NCBI GenBank assembly: GCA_963768655.1
Contig: CAVYIM010000005.1
Span: forward strand, 352,001 to 416,000
Direction: 5' to 3'
Source of the DNA: an uncultured Chloroflexia bacterium
GTDB lineage: Bacteria; Chloroflexota; Limnocylindria; Limnocylindrales; CSP1-4
DNA: 64,000 bases
Shown here one piece after another: positions 33,397-45,127 of this stretch. How positions within the stretch are numbered: the stretch's first letter is position 1; each line of letters opens with the position of its first letter. The translations under genes and the position numbers were made by a program. The notes under the pieces are model-generated. The model saw only the letters and a program-made list of their open reading frames with translations, was not told the DNA's origin and made no database searches.

Positions 33397-34174
33397 GATC
33401 CGGATTCGGGCTGCCGGCCCGACGCACCTCGTCCAGGAATTCGAGCGAGCGGGCATCGCGCTCCAGGGAGACGCGCAGGAAATCCCGCATCGCGGCCTCG
33501 ACCTCGCGTTCCACCGCGGCCGGCAATCGGAGCGCGGCCAGCGCCTCCACATCCAGCCGCTGATACGCCTTCAGCAGCTTGAGCGCATCCACCGACAGGC
33601 CGGCGCGCTCCGCCGGCGGCCCCGGGCAGCGGTGGCAGAGCACGCCGCCCAGCGGCGGCACCCAGCGGAAGCTTTCGTCCGCCTCGAGCATGCGGTCGCA
33701 TTCGACGCAGCGGTCAACCTCGGGCCGCACGCCCAGCTCGTCGGCCAGATGCATCTCGTACCAGCGAGCGACCCGCCCCGACTCCATGCCGGCGTCCAGC
33801 AGCTCGTAGGCGCGGCGCAGCAGCGCGTACAGCCCTTCGGCCTCGTGGCGCTCCTCCAGGGAGCGGTCTGCCAGCTCGGCGAGGTACCAGGCCGTGGCGG
33901 CGGACTCGAGCGAGTCGCGCAGGCGGAGCCAGGCGTGTGTGACCTCCACCTGGGTCACCACGTCGAAGGTTCGGCCGCGGGCCAGTGCGACCCTCAGCTC
34001 CGCCAGCGGTTCGAGCGCCCCGCCCAGCCGGCTGGTTGGCCGGCGAACGCCCTTGGCGATCGCCTTGAACTTGCCGTGTACGGGCGTGAGGAGCGTCATG
34101 ATCCGATCCGCCTCGCCGTAGTCGAAGCGGGACAGAACGATGGCATCGGTCACGTACAGGCGCGAGCTGGGCAC
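33383..34174 (-). CDS. recO: DNA repair protein RecO
   Basis: DYGEADRIMTLLT, AIAKGVRRPTSRLGG, CVEC...CHRC zinc motif. Confidence 0.95.
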   Translation of the reverse strand: MPSSRLYVTDAIVLSRFDYGEADRIMTLLTPVHGKFKAIAKGVRRPTSRLGGALEPLAELRVALARGRTFDVVTQVEVTHAWLRLRDSLESAATAWYLAELADRSLEERHEAEGLYALLRRAYELLDAGMESGRVARWYEMHLADELGVRPEVDRCVECDRMLEADESFRWVPPLGGVLCHRCPGPPAERAGLSVDALKLLKAYQRLDVEALAALRLPAAVEREVEAAMRDFLRVSLERDARSLEFLDEVRRAGSPNPDLRRA

Positions 34175-34292
34175 GCGACCACGCTACCACGCCGAGTCGC
34201 AAGAGCTGGGGCGCGATGCCGGCGCGCCGCGGGTCAACGCCGGGGCGCGACGCCGGCGCGCGGCCGGTTCACGGCGGGGCTAAGCTGGCGCA

Positions 34293-34892
34293 ATGGACGA
34301 CAAGACAGCCCACCACGACTACACCGTCCCCCAGCCCCGCACCGATCGGACGCGCATCCGCCGGCACGCCGATCGCGCAGTTCCGGACCGGATCGAGGAA
34401 TTCCTGCGGGCCGGGCTGGTGGCTCATGTCGCCTACGTGGACGGCGGCGAGCCGCGCACGATCCCGTTCTTCTACCACTACGAGGCAGGGCACATCTACA
34501 TCCACGGATCTCCCGGCAACGGCACGCTGCGCGCCCTCGAGGACGGGCGACCCGTCGCCGTCTCCGTCGCCATCCTCGATGCCCTGGTCGCCTCGAAGAC
34601 CGGGCCCAACCATTCGGCCAACTACCGCAGTGTGGTCGTCTTCGGCCGCTGCCACCGCGTCTCCGACCTGAGGCGCAAGCGTCGCGTCCTGGCGGCCACG
34701 ACCGAGCGCTATTTCCCGGGCCGGCATCCGGAGCAAGACTACGAGCCGGCCAGCGACGACGACCTGACTCGGATGGAGCTCCTGGCGATCGAGATCGAGG
34801 AGGCCCAGGCGAAGACTCGATCCGGCGGCCCGATGGGCCCGACCGACGAGGACGCCGACGCGCCCGGCTCGGCCTTCGTTCGGCCGGTCTGA
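34293..34892 (+). CDS. Pyridoxamine 5'-phosphate oxidase-like flavin-binding protein (NimA-like)
   Basis: IYIHGS, HSANYRSVVVFG, KTRSGGP. Confidence 0.87.
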   Translation: MDDKTAHHDYTVPQPRTDRTRIRRHADRAVPDRIEEFLRAGLVAHVAYVDGGEPRTIPFFYHYEAGHIYIHGSPGNGTLRALEDGRPVAVSVAILDALVASKTGPNHSANYRSVVVFGRCHRVSDLRRKRRVLAATTERYFPGRHPEQDYEPASDDDLTRMELLAIEIEEAQAKTRSGGPMGPTDEDADAPGSAFVRPV

Positions 34893-35023
34893 GTTCGGGC
34901 GGTGGAGCCCTGATTTCGGGCTATGAGCCTCGTTGGCTCCGTCCTCCGCCCGTCTGACGAGGCTGTTGGGCCTGTGCGCGCGCGAAGGCTCGGATTCTGA
35001 AAGCGGATTGTTATGATCCGCCA

Positions 35024-36037
35024 GTGCAAGGCCGCGTAGTTCTGCCCGACCTGATTTCCGACACGGAGCAGGAGATCCTGCGCCTGCTGTCCGTGCGCGA
35101 CGGCCCCACCGCCGGGCTCTACGAGATGATGCGCTATCACCTCGGCCTGGACGCCAGCGGCTCGTCCGGAAAACGGATGCGGCCGCTCCTCGGGCTGCTC
35201 GCCTACTCCTCGATCAAGGGCGACTACCACGCCGCGCTGCCCGGTGCGGCCGCCGTGGAGCTGGGCCACAACTTCAGCCTCGTCCACGACGACATCGAGG
35301 ATGGCGACCGGGAAAGGCGCCACCGGGCGACGCTGTGGGCGGTCCACGGCATCCCGCAGGCTATCAACGCCGGCGACATGCTCTTCACCTTGAGCCGCGT
35401 TGCCCTTCACCGCCTGACAGATCTCGGCTTCTCCGACGCCAAGGTGCTGCGGTTGATGCGCCTCTACGACATGACGTGCCTGGCGCTGTGCGAGGGCCAG
35501 TACCTCGACATCTGGGCCAGTGAGCGTACGGAGCCGATGTCGGTGGAGCTCTACTTCGACATGATCGGGCGCAAGACGGCGGCGCTCATCGCAGCTTCAG
35601 TCGAGGCCGGCGCGGTGCTCGCGACCGACGACGAGGAGATCGTCGCCCGCTACCGCGCATTCGGTTGGGCCCTGGGCGTGGCCTTCCAGCTAAACGACGA
35701 CCTGCTCGGGATCTGGGGCGACCAGGCGAAGACGGGCAAGGAACCCACAGATGTCGCCCGGCACAAGATGACGCTGCCGGTGATATACGCCTTCGAACAT
35801 GCCGGTCCGGAAGACCGGGCCCGGCTCGACGCGGTCTGGCGGACGGACGTGCCGCACGACGGCCAGGTCGCCGAAGCGGTCGCGCTGATCGAGCGGCTGG
35901 GGGGCCGCGACTACACGCGCGACCAGGCCCGTCAGCATCGCGACCGAGCCTTGGCCGAGCTGGAGGCGGCCGGCGTCGTTGACGCCGAGGCGCTGGAGTC
36001 GCTCCGCGGCATCATCGTGGGCGTGATCAAAGCCTGA
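35024..36037 (+). CDS. Polyprenyl (GGPP-type) synthetase
   Basis: GKRMRP, SLVHDDIEDGDRERRHR, AINAGD, GQYLD, KTAAL, FQLNDDLLG. Confidence 0.93.
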   Translation: MQGRVVLPDLISDTEQEILRLLSVRDGPTAGLYEMMRYHLGLDASGSSGKRMRPLLGLLAYSSIKGDYHAALPGAAAVELGHNFSLVHDDIEDGDRERRHRATLWAVHGIPQAINAGDMLFTLSRVALHRLTDLGFSDAKVLRLMRLYDMTCLALCEGQYLDIWASERTEPMSVELYFDMIGRKTAALIAASVEAGAVLATDDEEIVARYRAFGWALGVAFQLNDDLLGIWGDQAKTGKEPTDVARHKMTLPVIYAFEHAGPEDRARLDAVWRTDVPHDGQVAEAVALIERLGGRDYTRDQARQHRDRALAELEAAGVVDAEALESLRGIIVGVIKA

Positions 36038-36099
36038 TCGGGCCGGCGACGGGCGCCGCAGCCGGACCGCGGCGAGCGGCCCCGGCGGCGGACGCCGCG

Positions 36100-36165
36100 G
36101 CGAACGAACGGACCGGGGCGCCGGCGAACGAACGGACCGGGGGCCGCGGCGAGCGAACGGCCCGC
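36100..36165. repeat. Short ~24-bp tandem repeat (GCGAACGAACGGACCGGGG..)
   Basis: Two near-identical copies and one degenerate copy. Confidence 0.7.
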
Positions 36166-36222
36166 GCCACGGCCCTGAATCGCCAGCGGCCGGCGACGCG
36201 TGGGTCCAGCGAGACCGTCCTC

Positions 36223-36426
36223 GCCGAATTCCCACTAAGAGGACGTTGGGCAAGCCGCGGGAGCCGGCCGCGTCCCAGAGAGTGGCGCGAAGACACTGCC
36301 CGACGTCCGATCGGCCGGAATCGGGCGAAATCGATCAAGATGGCGCGATTCCCGGCAATCGAGGAATAGCAGGGCCGTTGGAGATACGGAGAACCTTGCC
36401 TAACGTCCGCCTGATGGGAATTCGGC
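36223..36426. mobile_element. MITE-like element with 32-bp imperfect terminal inverted repeats
   Basis: 36223-36254 GCCGAATTCCCACTAAGAGGACGTTGGGCAAG vs reverse complement of 36395-36426 GCCGAATTCCCATCAGGCGGACGTTAGGCAAG (27/32). Confidence 0.55.
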
Positions 36427-36430
36427 ACTT

Positions 36431-36672
36431 TCGACCGCCCGCGCCCGGGTCACCGAGCCCCGGGTCGACCGCCCGCGCCTGCGCCCGGGCCACCGAGCCA
36501 CGGGTCGACCGCCCGCGCCCGGGTCACCGAGCCCCGGGTCGACCGCCCGCGCCTGCGCCCGGGCCACCGAGCCACGGGTCGACCGCCCGCGCCCGGGCCA
36601 CCGAGCCCCGGGTCGACCGCCCGCGCCCGCGCCCACGTCAGGACCACCGAGCCCGGGTCGACCGCCCGCGCC
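36431..36672. repeat. Tandem repeat with alternating 34/40-bp units
   Basis: Units begin TCGACCGCCCGCGCC at 36431, 36465, 36505, 36539, 36579, 36613, 36658. Confidence 0.93.
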
Positions 36673-36717
36673 ACTGCGCCCCGCTCCCCCTCGTCGCCCC
36701 TCCCCCACCGCGCGACC

Positions 36718-38069
<1,352 letters not shown>

Positions 38070-38073
<4 letters not shown>

Positions 38074-39464
38074 TCGGCCTTGTCTGGCGGCTCACCGCCC
38101 GGTGGGCGAGGCTTTCGGAGACGGGCCGGAACGCCCAGCGCCAGCATTCCGGCAGGCACATCTTTGGTCACCACGGCGCCGGCGCCGGTGCGGGCGTCGT
38201 CCCCCAGCTCGACCGGGGCGACGAGCATCGTGTCCGAGCCCAGGAAGACGCGCTTGCCGACCTTGGTCTTGTGCTTTCGGACGCCGTCGAAGTTGCACGT
38301 GATCGTGCCGGCGCCGACGTTCGTCTTCTCGCCCAGGACCGCGTCGCCGATGTAGCTGAAGTGGTGCTGCTGGACGCCGGGCTCCAGGCGGCTGGCCTTG
38401 ACCTCGGCGAAGTTACCGAGCCTGGCCCTGCGCCCGATCGACGAGCCGGGCCGCAGGTGCGAGAAAGGCCCGACGTGGACCTCGTCCTCGACTTCGGAGC
38501 TCTCGAGAATGCTGGCCCAGATCACGCAGTCCCGGCCTACAACGGTGTCGATGATCTGGCTGCCGGCCCCGATGCGCGTCCCGGAGCCCACGCGCGTGGC
38601 CCCGCGCAGGATGACGTTCGGCTCGATGGTCACGTCTTCCGCCAGCTCGACCGTGGCGTCTATGCACACGCTGCCCGGGTCCGTCATCGTCACCCCGGAC
38701 ATCATGTGGGCCTCGTTGATGGCCATCCGGAGCTCGAACTCGGCCTCGGCCAGTTGAGCCCGGTCGTTGATCCCGTTCAGCGTGCCGTCGTCCTCGACGA
38801 CGAGAGATACCGCCGGCCGGTGATCCTGACGCGCCAGCTCGACCAGCGCCGGCAGGTAGTACTCGTCGGAAACGGGCGACGGCTGCACGTCCCCGATCCG
38901 GCCTCGGAGCCAGGCTGCGTCGAAGGCGTAGATGCCGGCGTTGATCTCGTCGACCTGGAGCTCCTCGGGCGACGCGTCCTTCTGCTCGACGACACGCACG
39001 ACCTGCCGGCCGTCGTCGGTGCGGATCACGCGGCCCAGGCCCCCCGGATCGAGGGCGTGGACGCTGACGATGGCCATGACCGCTGCCCGGGCCCGCCGCA
39101 GGTCGACCAGCTCCGCCAGCAAATCAGGGTCCACCAGGGGCACGTCGCCCGAGAGGACCAGCACCTCGGCGGCGTCCGCGGGCGCGACCGCGAGCGCGGC
39201 TTTGAGCGCGTCCGCCGTGCCCAGTGGCTTCTCCTGAAGGGCGAAGTCGGCGCGATCGGCGAAGACTTCGGTGATCGCCGCGGTCGGCGGGGAGTAGACG
39301 ACGAGCGGCCGGCGATGGCCTGCGTCCTCTGCCGCGTCCAGCACGTACGCCAGCATCGGGCGACCGCACAACTCGTGCAGGACCTTGGGTTTGCTCGACT
39401 TCATGCGCGTCCCGAGACCGGCGGCGAGCACGACCGGAAGGACGCTTTGCGGGGTCTGGCTCAT
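38070..39464 (-). CDS. glmU: Bifunctional UDP-GlcNAc pyrophosphorylase/GlcN-1-P acetyltransferase
   Basis: VLAAGLGTRMKS, LGTADA, EINAGIY, EYYL, hexapeptide repeats, GAGTITCNFDG. Confidence 0.96.
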
Positions 39465-39540
39465 GGCATCGGACGGTAGCACGGAACTACGCCATCGCGC
39501 GAGGTGGCGCGGGGCCGGCCGGGCCGGCAAGGGCGGCGGT

Positions 39541-39924
39541 TCAGCCGGCGCGGCGTGCGATCGCCTCGATCTCGATCAGGGCGCCGCGCGGCAGGGCGGC
39601 CACCTGAACCGTGCTCCGAGCCGGCGCCGGCGCACCAACGTGTCTCGCGTAGATCTCGTTGACGGTCGAGAAGTCGGCGAGATCGGCCAGGAAGATGGTT
39701 GTCTTGACCAAGTCGGCAAGCGATGCGCCGGCGGCTGCGAGGACCGCCTCCAGGTTCACCATCGCCCTTTCCGCTTGACTGGCGATGCCGTCGGGCAGCT
39801 GGCCCGTGGCCGGGTCCATGCCGAGCTGGCCGGAGCAGAAGACGAAGCCGTCGATGGCGATGGCCTGGCTGTACGGGCCGATGGCGGCCGGCGCCCCGGG
39901 GGTGGATATCTCCTGGCGAGGCAT
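39541..39924 (-). CDS. ridA: RidA family enamine/imine deaminase
   Basis: APAAIGPYSQA, CSGQLG, PARSTVQVAALPRGALIEIE. Confidence 0.93.
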   Translation of the reverse strand: MPRQEISTPGAPAAIGPYSQAIAIDGFVFCSGQLGMDPATGQLPDGIASQAERAMVNLEAVLAAAGASLADLVKTTIFLADLADFSTVNEIYARHVGAPAPARSTVQVAALPRGALIEIEAIARRAG

Positions 39925-39929
39925 CGTGG

Positions 39930-41021
39930 CTACCTACCTTTCGAGATGATGCGCTCATCATTGTGAGCGCCCGCGGGCCCGACGTGGCGCCCGGACGGGA
40001 AAATCGTCGTCGCCGCGACGAACGGCTCGCCGTCGCCTATGGCCGGGAGAGTCCCGTTGCAGATTCCGACGCGGACGAAACGAGCGGCCCGGCGCGCCTC
40101 CGCGAGCGAGGCGTAGAGAACCCAGGCCGAAGGACCCGAGCCCGACTGGCCGACTGGGCGGCCGAGTAAACGCCCGAGCCCGACCCGGAACGAGGTCAGC
40201 GGCGGGGCCACTTCGAGCGCCGCCGGAAGGAGATCGTTGGCGGCGACGAGCTCCTCCGCCCTCGCGAGGAGCGCGGCGGCGGGCAGCCCCGCCCGCATGT
40301 CGGCCGCGAGGCGCTCGGAGATGGCGAAGGCGGAGGCGGGACCCGACGCGGTTTCGGGGCGGGCGCCGCCGGCGTACGCGGCGAAGACGGCCGGCGTCGA
40401 GACGGGCAGTCGCGGCGTGACGAGCAGCACGGCCGGAGCCTCTCCATCGAGATCGGGCAACGGCTCGACGAGCTCGCCGCGGCCGGTGACGAGGGCCGCG
40501 CCTCCGGCGAGGAAGAACGGCACGTCCGAGCCGAGCGCGGCGGCGATGGCGCCGACGGTCTCCGCGGCGAGCCTGGCGCCCCACGCCTCGAGTGCCGCGG
40601 CCACCGTCGCCGCCGCGTCGCTGCTGCCGCCGCCCAGGCCCGCCGCCACGGGTATGCGTTTGGTCAGCCGCGCCGCCAGGGGCGGTAGCGTGCCGGCAGG
40701 AGCGGCCCTCGAAGCCTCGACCACTGCGCGAACCGCAGTCAGGGCCCGCAGGACCAGGTTTTCGGGCCGTGGCCCGACTGCCAGCCCCCTGACCGCCAGC
40801 GAGTCGGGCCGACCGGCGGCCCCCACGGCGACTTCGATCGCATCGCCGAATCCCAGCGGAACCATGACCGAGTGCAGGGCGTGGAAGCCATCGGCGCGCC
40901 GCCCGGTCACGGCCAGCGTCAGGTTGAGCTTGGCTGGGGCGACGCGCCGCACGCGGACGCGGTCCGGCACGGCCGAGCGGGCGGCCGGCCACGCCACGCG
41001 GCTCGCCGCGCCTCCGCTCAT
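39930..41021 (-). CDS. ispE: 4-(CDP)-2-C-methyl-D-erythritol kinase
   Basis: APAKLNLTLAV, KRIPVAAGLGGGSSDAAA, LGSDVPFF, SGSGPS; ATGA overlap with rsmA (alternative start 41030). Confidence 0.93.
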   Translation of the reverse strand: MSGGAASRVAWPAARSAVPDRVRVRRVAPAKLNLTLAVTGRRADGFHALHSVMVPLGFGDAIEVAVGAAGRPDSLAVRGLAVGPRPENLVLRALTAVRAVVEASRAAPAGTLPPLAARLTKRIPVAAGLGGGSSDAAATVAAALEAWGARLAAETVGAIAAALGSDVPFFLAGGAALVTGRGELVEPLPDLDGEAPAVLLVTPRLPVSTPAVFAAYAGGARPETASGPASAFAISERLAADMRAGLPAAALLARAEELVAANDLLPAALEVAPPLTSFRVGLGRLLGRPVGQSGSGPSAWVLYASLAEARRAARFVRVGICNGTLPAIGDGEPFVAATTIFPSGRHVGPAGAHNDERIISKGR

Positions 41022-42094
41022 CGTCGCCATTTCCTCGCCTCGACGACGGCGGCGCGGCTTCGCGCCGACCGAGCCTGCGCGGCGGTCTCGGCGGGCGACA
41101 TCGCCTCGGGCAGCGGCCCCAGCGCCGCGCGAAGCGCGAGCCACTCCCCCACCGAGAGCGTCTGCGGCCGCCGCTCCCCGTCGATGCCGCACGCCGCCAG
41201 CGCCGCGTCAATGCGCGCGCCCGGTACCGCCAGCTGGCGGACCAGCACGTTGCGCAGCATCTTGCGCCGCTCGCGGAAGCCGGCCTGCACCACCCGCCAG
41301 AGATCGCCCTCCTCCGCGGCCGAGAGGCGCGGCGCCTCGTCGGGCGGATCGACCGGCACGATCTCGACCACCGCCGAGTCGACTTCGGGCGCCGGCTCGA
41401 ACGCATCGCGCGGCACCACGAAGGCGACGCGGACGGCGGCGTGGAACTGGACGAAGACCGACAGGTAGCTCATCTCGCCGGGCGCGGCCGAGATCCGCTC
41501 CGCAACCTCCCGCTGCACCATCAGGACCAGGTGCGCCGGCCGGGGCGCCGAGCCCAGAAAGCGGTGCAGGATCGGGCTGGTGATGTGGTACGGCACGTTG
41601 GCCACCACATCGAACGGCGGCGTCATCAGCTCGGCGATCTTCTGGTCGAGGATGTCGCCCTGGACGAGCTTCAGCGCGCCCGAAGCGATCGCTTCCTCCT
41701 GCACCCGGCCGAGGCGTCCGGCCAGCCGCCGGTCGAGCTCGACCGCGGTGACGCATGCTCCCCCGGCCAGCAGGCCTCCGGTCAGGATTCCAAGCCCCGG
41801 CCCGATCTCCAGGATTCGCCGCCCCGGCTCAGGCGCGGCCAGATCCAGGATCGACTGCAGCACGTCCGGATCGGCCAGGAAGTTCTGCGACAGCGAGTGG
41901 CGGGCGGTGATGCCCTCCCCGCGCAGCTGCCGCCGCACCGCCAGCGGATCGAGCCGCGGCACCCTGGGCGCGGCCGACGCTGGCCCCGGGGCCGCTGGGC
42001 GCGGGGCCGCCGGGCCCGGGCTCGCGGCCGCCGCCCCTCGGTCTCCGGTGGCACCGGGCGCTCCGGTCGGTTCGGGCTCAGGCGACTCGTTCAC
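41018..42094 (-). CDS. rsmA: 16S rRNA adenine dimethyltransferase
   Basis: SQNFL, LEIGPGLGILT, VVANVPYHITSP, MVQREVAERI, PAPEVDSAVV; GTGA overlap with tsaD. Confidence 0.94.
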   Translation of the reverse strand: MNESPEPEPTGAPGATGDRGAAAASPGPAAPRPAAPGPASAAPRVPRLDPLAVRRQLRGEGITARHSLSQNFLADPDVLQSILDLAAPEPGRRILEIGPGLGILTGGLLAGGACVTAVELDRRLAGRLGRVQEEAIASGALKLVQGDILDQKIAELMTPPFDVVANVPYHITSPILHRFLGSAPRPAHLVLMVQREVAERISAAPGEMSYLSVFVQFHAAVRVAFVVPRDAFEPAPEVDSAVVEIVPVDPPDEAPRLSAAEEGDLWRVVQAGFRERRKMLRNVLVRQLAVPGARIDAALAACGIDGERRPQTLSVGEWLALRAALGPLPEAMSPAETAAQARSARSRAAVVEARKWRR

Positions 42095-43152
42095 CGGCGA
42101 GCCAGCGGCAGTGACGGCTTCGCGTCCAAGTCCAGGCCGGCCCGCGTCCCAGCTTCGAACCGCCGCGCGGCGGCGGCCCCGATCATCGCCCCGTTGTCGG
42201 TGCAGAGCGCCGGCCGCGGCACCACCAACGGCATCCCAGCCGCCGCCGCCGCGGCCGCCAGCCGGTCTCGCAGCACCCGGTTCGCCGCCACGCCGCCGCC
42301 GAGCACCACCGACCGCGCCCCGGCCACCCGGGCGGCCCGTATCGTCTTGGTCACGAGCACGTCCACGACCGAATCCTGGAAGCCCTCCGCAAGCTCCGCC
42401 ACGCGATCGTCCCCGAGCGGCGCCTCGCCGGCGGAGGTCCCCTGCCCGCCCGTCTCGGCCGAGATCGTTCGCCGCGCCGCGGTCTTGAGGCCGCTGAAGC
42501 TGAAGTCGAACGTGTCGCCCAGCCAGGCCCGCGGGAAGACGACGTCGTGGCGCGTCGCACCGGCCGCGGCCTTCATGATCTCGGGCCCGCCCGGATACGG
42601 CAGGCCCAGCAGCCGTCCGACCTTGTCGAAGGCCTCGCCGGCCGCGTCGTCGACCGTCTCGCCCAGCAGCCGGTACGCCAGGTGATCGCGCATCTCGACC
42701 AGGAACGTGTGCCCGCCAGAGACGATCAGCGCCACGAGCGGGAAGATCGGCTCCGGAACTTCGCGCGCTTCGTCCACAAGCCAGGCCGCGTAGAGATGAC
42801 CCTCCAGGTGGTTGACCGGGACGAGCGGCTTGCCGTGGACGTAGGCGAGCGTCTTGGCGAAGTTGATGCCGACGAGCAGCGAGCCGGCCAGCCCGGGCCC
42901 GTCGGTGACGGCCACGGCGGAGATGTCGTCCCACGTGACCCCGGCCGCCGCCCAGGCCTCGTCCAGCACCGGCACGATCCAGCGCAGGTGGGCCCGCGCC
43001 GCCACTTCCGGGACGATCCCGCCCGCCGCCGCGTGCATGGCGACCTGGCTGGCCACGACGTTGGAGTGGATCAGCCGCCCATTCTCCACAACGGCGATGC
43101 CGGTCTCGTCGCAGCTCGATTCGACCGCCAGGATCAGGCCGCCGCTCGTCAC
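42091..43152 (-). CDS. tsaD: tRNA t6A threonylcarbamoyltransferase
   Basis: ESSCDET, GGIVPEVAARAH, VNHLEGH, SGGHT, DDAAGEAFDK, SFSGLKT, CTDNGAMI. Confidence 0.96.
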   Translation of the reverse strand: MTSGGLILAVESSCDETGIAVVENGRLIHSNVVASQVAMHAAAGGIVPEVAARAHLRWIVPVLDEAWAAAGVTWDDISAVAVTDGPGLAGSLLVGINFAKTLAYVHGKPLVPVNHLEGHLYAAWLVDEAREVPEPIFPLVALIVSGGHTFLVEMRDHLAYRLLGETVDDAAGEAFDKVGRLLGLPYPGGPEIMKAAAGATRHDVVFPRAWLGDTFDFSFSGLKTAARRTISAETGGQGTSAGEAPLGDDRVAELAEGFQDSVVDVLVTKTIRAARVAGARSVVLGGGVAANRVLRDRLAAAAAAAGMPLVVPRPALCTDNGAMIGAAAARRFEAGTRAGLDLDAKPSLPLARR

Positions 43153-43162
43153 GACGACTTCC

Positions 43163-43858
43163 TCACGTTGCTCGGTCGGAGCACGTCGGGCGCGATGGCG
43201 TGGCCGCCTTCGGACGCATCGCCGGCGGCCGTCTGCCTTCGGCCCCTGCGCCTTCGGCCCCTGCGCCTGCGGCCGCCTCGCCGGCCGCCGCCTCCCGTCG
43301 CTCGATCGGCAGGCCGTCTTCCCCGAGCTCGATGCCCGGTCGCTTCGCCACCTCGGCCCGTAGCCCGGCCAGGCGATCGCGCATCTGCCGGCCGCCCAGA
43401 TCACCGGTGGTCATGATCAGGGCGTCCTCGTTGTCGTCGCTGTAGTAGCGCGGCCGCAGGCCGACCAGCGCGAAACCGTACTTCTCGTACAGGCGCCGGG
43501 CGGGGTGATTCGACGGCCGAACCTCCAGGGTCGCTTCGCGCGCCCCGCGCGCCTCCGCCAGCGCCAGCATGGCGATGAGAAGCCGCTCCCCCACTCCCTG
43601 GCGGCGCCAGGCTCGGCGCACCGCGAAAGTCGTGATGTGGGCCTCGTCCACCATCAGCCACATCCCGGCGAAGCCGACGACGCGGTCTCCGTGGCGGGCA
43701 ACGATGTAGTGGGCCATGCGGTTGTTCTCGAGCTCGGAGCGGTAGGCATGCGGCGGCCAGGGCGTGGTGAAGCTCTCCCGTTCGATCTCCTGGACCGCGG
43801 GCAGGTCGTCGACCGACATGCGATCGACGACGATCGCTACGGAAGGTCGCGCGACCAA
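43163..43858 (-). CDS. rimI: Ribosomal-protein alanine N-acetyltransferase
   Basis: ESFTTPW, DEAHITTFAV, TLEVRPSNHPARRLYEKYGF, RYYSDDNEDALIM; TTG start after GGAGAGG. Confidence 0.9.
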   Translation of the reverse strand: MVARPSVAIVVDRMSVDDLPAVQEIERESFTTPWPPHAYRSELENNRMAHYIVARHGDRVVGFAGMWLMVDEAHITTFAVRRAWRRQGVGERLLIAMLALAEARGAREATLEVRPSNHPARRLYEKYGFALVGLRPRYYSDDNEDALIMTTGDLGGRQMRDRLAGLRAEVAKRPGIELGEDGLPIERREAAAGEAAAGAGAEGAGAEGRRPPAMRPKAATPSRPTCSDRAT

Positions 43859-44506
43859 CGCACCTCTCCCTTCACCGCGCCGATGCCGCGCGGCAGCGTC
43901 ACGTACTCGGGCACGAGGCGCGCGACGTCGTCGCCGCCGGCGGCAATGCGGGCGGCTCCGAGCGCGAGCAGCGCGGACGCCAGGCCTTCCTCCGCTCGGG
44001 CGCCGAGACGCCATTGCCGCTTCCGGGGCGCGGCCCGGGAGGTCCACGGCCACCAGGACGGCATCTGCCGGCAGCTCCGGTTCTTCTCCGCCCTTGACCA
44101 GCGTTGCCCGTCCGGCGACGACGAAGACTCGATCTGAAGGTCCGGCCGGCAGCAGGAGGACGGCCTGCTCTCCAACGCCTGCGTCCGCAACGGCAAGCAA
44201 CGCCCCCGACGTCGCGATGCCTGCGATCGGGATGTCCAACCCCCGAGCGAGCGCCTTCGCGGTCGCGATGCCCACGCGCATGCCCGTGAACGCCCCGGGC
44301 CCCGTCCCGACGACGATCCCGCCCAGGTCGGAGAGCGCGACGCCGTTCGAGCGAAGCAGCTCGTCGGTCCGGGTCAAGAGCTCTTCGCCGTGGCGATAGC
44401 CGGCGGGCCAGCGCCGCTCGTCGATGAGGGCGCCCGTCGTCGAGCCCAGTGCGACCAGCGCACGAGTGCCCGAGGTGTCGATCGCGAGCAGGGGCCGGCC
44501 GGTCAT
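43837..44506 (-). CDS. tsaB: t6A biosynthesis protein TsaB (+1 frameshift near 44008)
   Basis: LLAIDTS, VGTGPGAFTGMRVGIATAKALA; the natural C-terminus LVPEYVTLPRG...DLP* is in the next frame. Confidence 0.88.
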
Positions 44507-45003
44507 CGCGGCGATCCTTCGGCCGCCGGCTCCGGCAGCGCCGCGAGGTAGCGCTCGTAGTCGGCCGAGCCGGCCCGCAAGCGGATGGATCGCGGGTCGT
44601 CGCCCGTGCCCTCGATCAGGACCTCCAGCCGCCCTGCGGGCATCGCGTCCTCGAGTCGTTCGGCCCATTCGATCAGCGTGACGCCCTCACCCTGGCGCTC
44701 GTCGACGAGGCCGCCCGCCAGCGCCTCGGCCGCGCCGGCCAGCCGGTACAGGTCGATGTGGAAGAGCGGCAGCCGCCCGCGGTATTCCGCCATCAGCACG
44801 AAGCTCGGCGAGACGATCGTGTCGGTCACGCCCAGCCCCGCCCCAAAGCCCTTGGCGAACTGCGTCTTGCCCGCCCCCAGCTCTCCTACCAGACTGATCA
44901 AGTCGCCCGGCCGCGCCGCGGCCGCCAGCGCCCCCGCCAGGGCGCGCGTCCCCGCGGGATCCCGCGTCTCGACCGTCCGTTCCGGACTCCGTCCTTCGAT
45001 CAC
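44503..45003 (-). CDS. tsaE: t6A biosynthesis ATPase TsaE
   Basis: GELGAGKTQFAKG, SPSFVL, HIDLYRL, IEWAE. Confidence 0.95.
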   Translation of the reverse strand: MIEGRSPERTVETRDPAGTRALAGALAAAARPGDLISLVGELGAGKTQFAKGFGAGLGVTDTIVSPSFVLMAEYRGRLPLFHIDLYRLAGAAEALAGGLVDERQGEGVTLIEWAERLEDAMPAGRLEVLIEGTGDDPRSIRLRAGSADYERYLAALPEPAAEGSPR

Positions 45004-45127
45004 GCACGGAGGTTACCCGAAAGCGCGCCCGCGCCGCGCCCGAACCGCACCGCAAGCCCGTGTGCGCCACACGGACACGCAGCTCTGCGCCGTCCTCAGG
45101 CGCCGCCGAGGGCCCCGGCCTTGCGCC

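Noticed and set aside
36431-36672. CRISPR array
   Set aside because: Contiguous tandem units without variable spacers.
43163-44668. Genuine TsaB-RimI fusion
   Set aside because: The natural TsaB C-terminus and stop exist in the adjacent frame and rimI has its own RBS/TTG; the fusion depends on one extra base near 44008.
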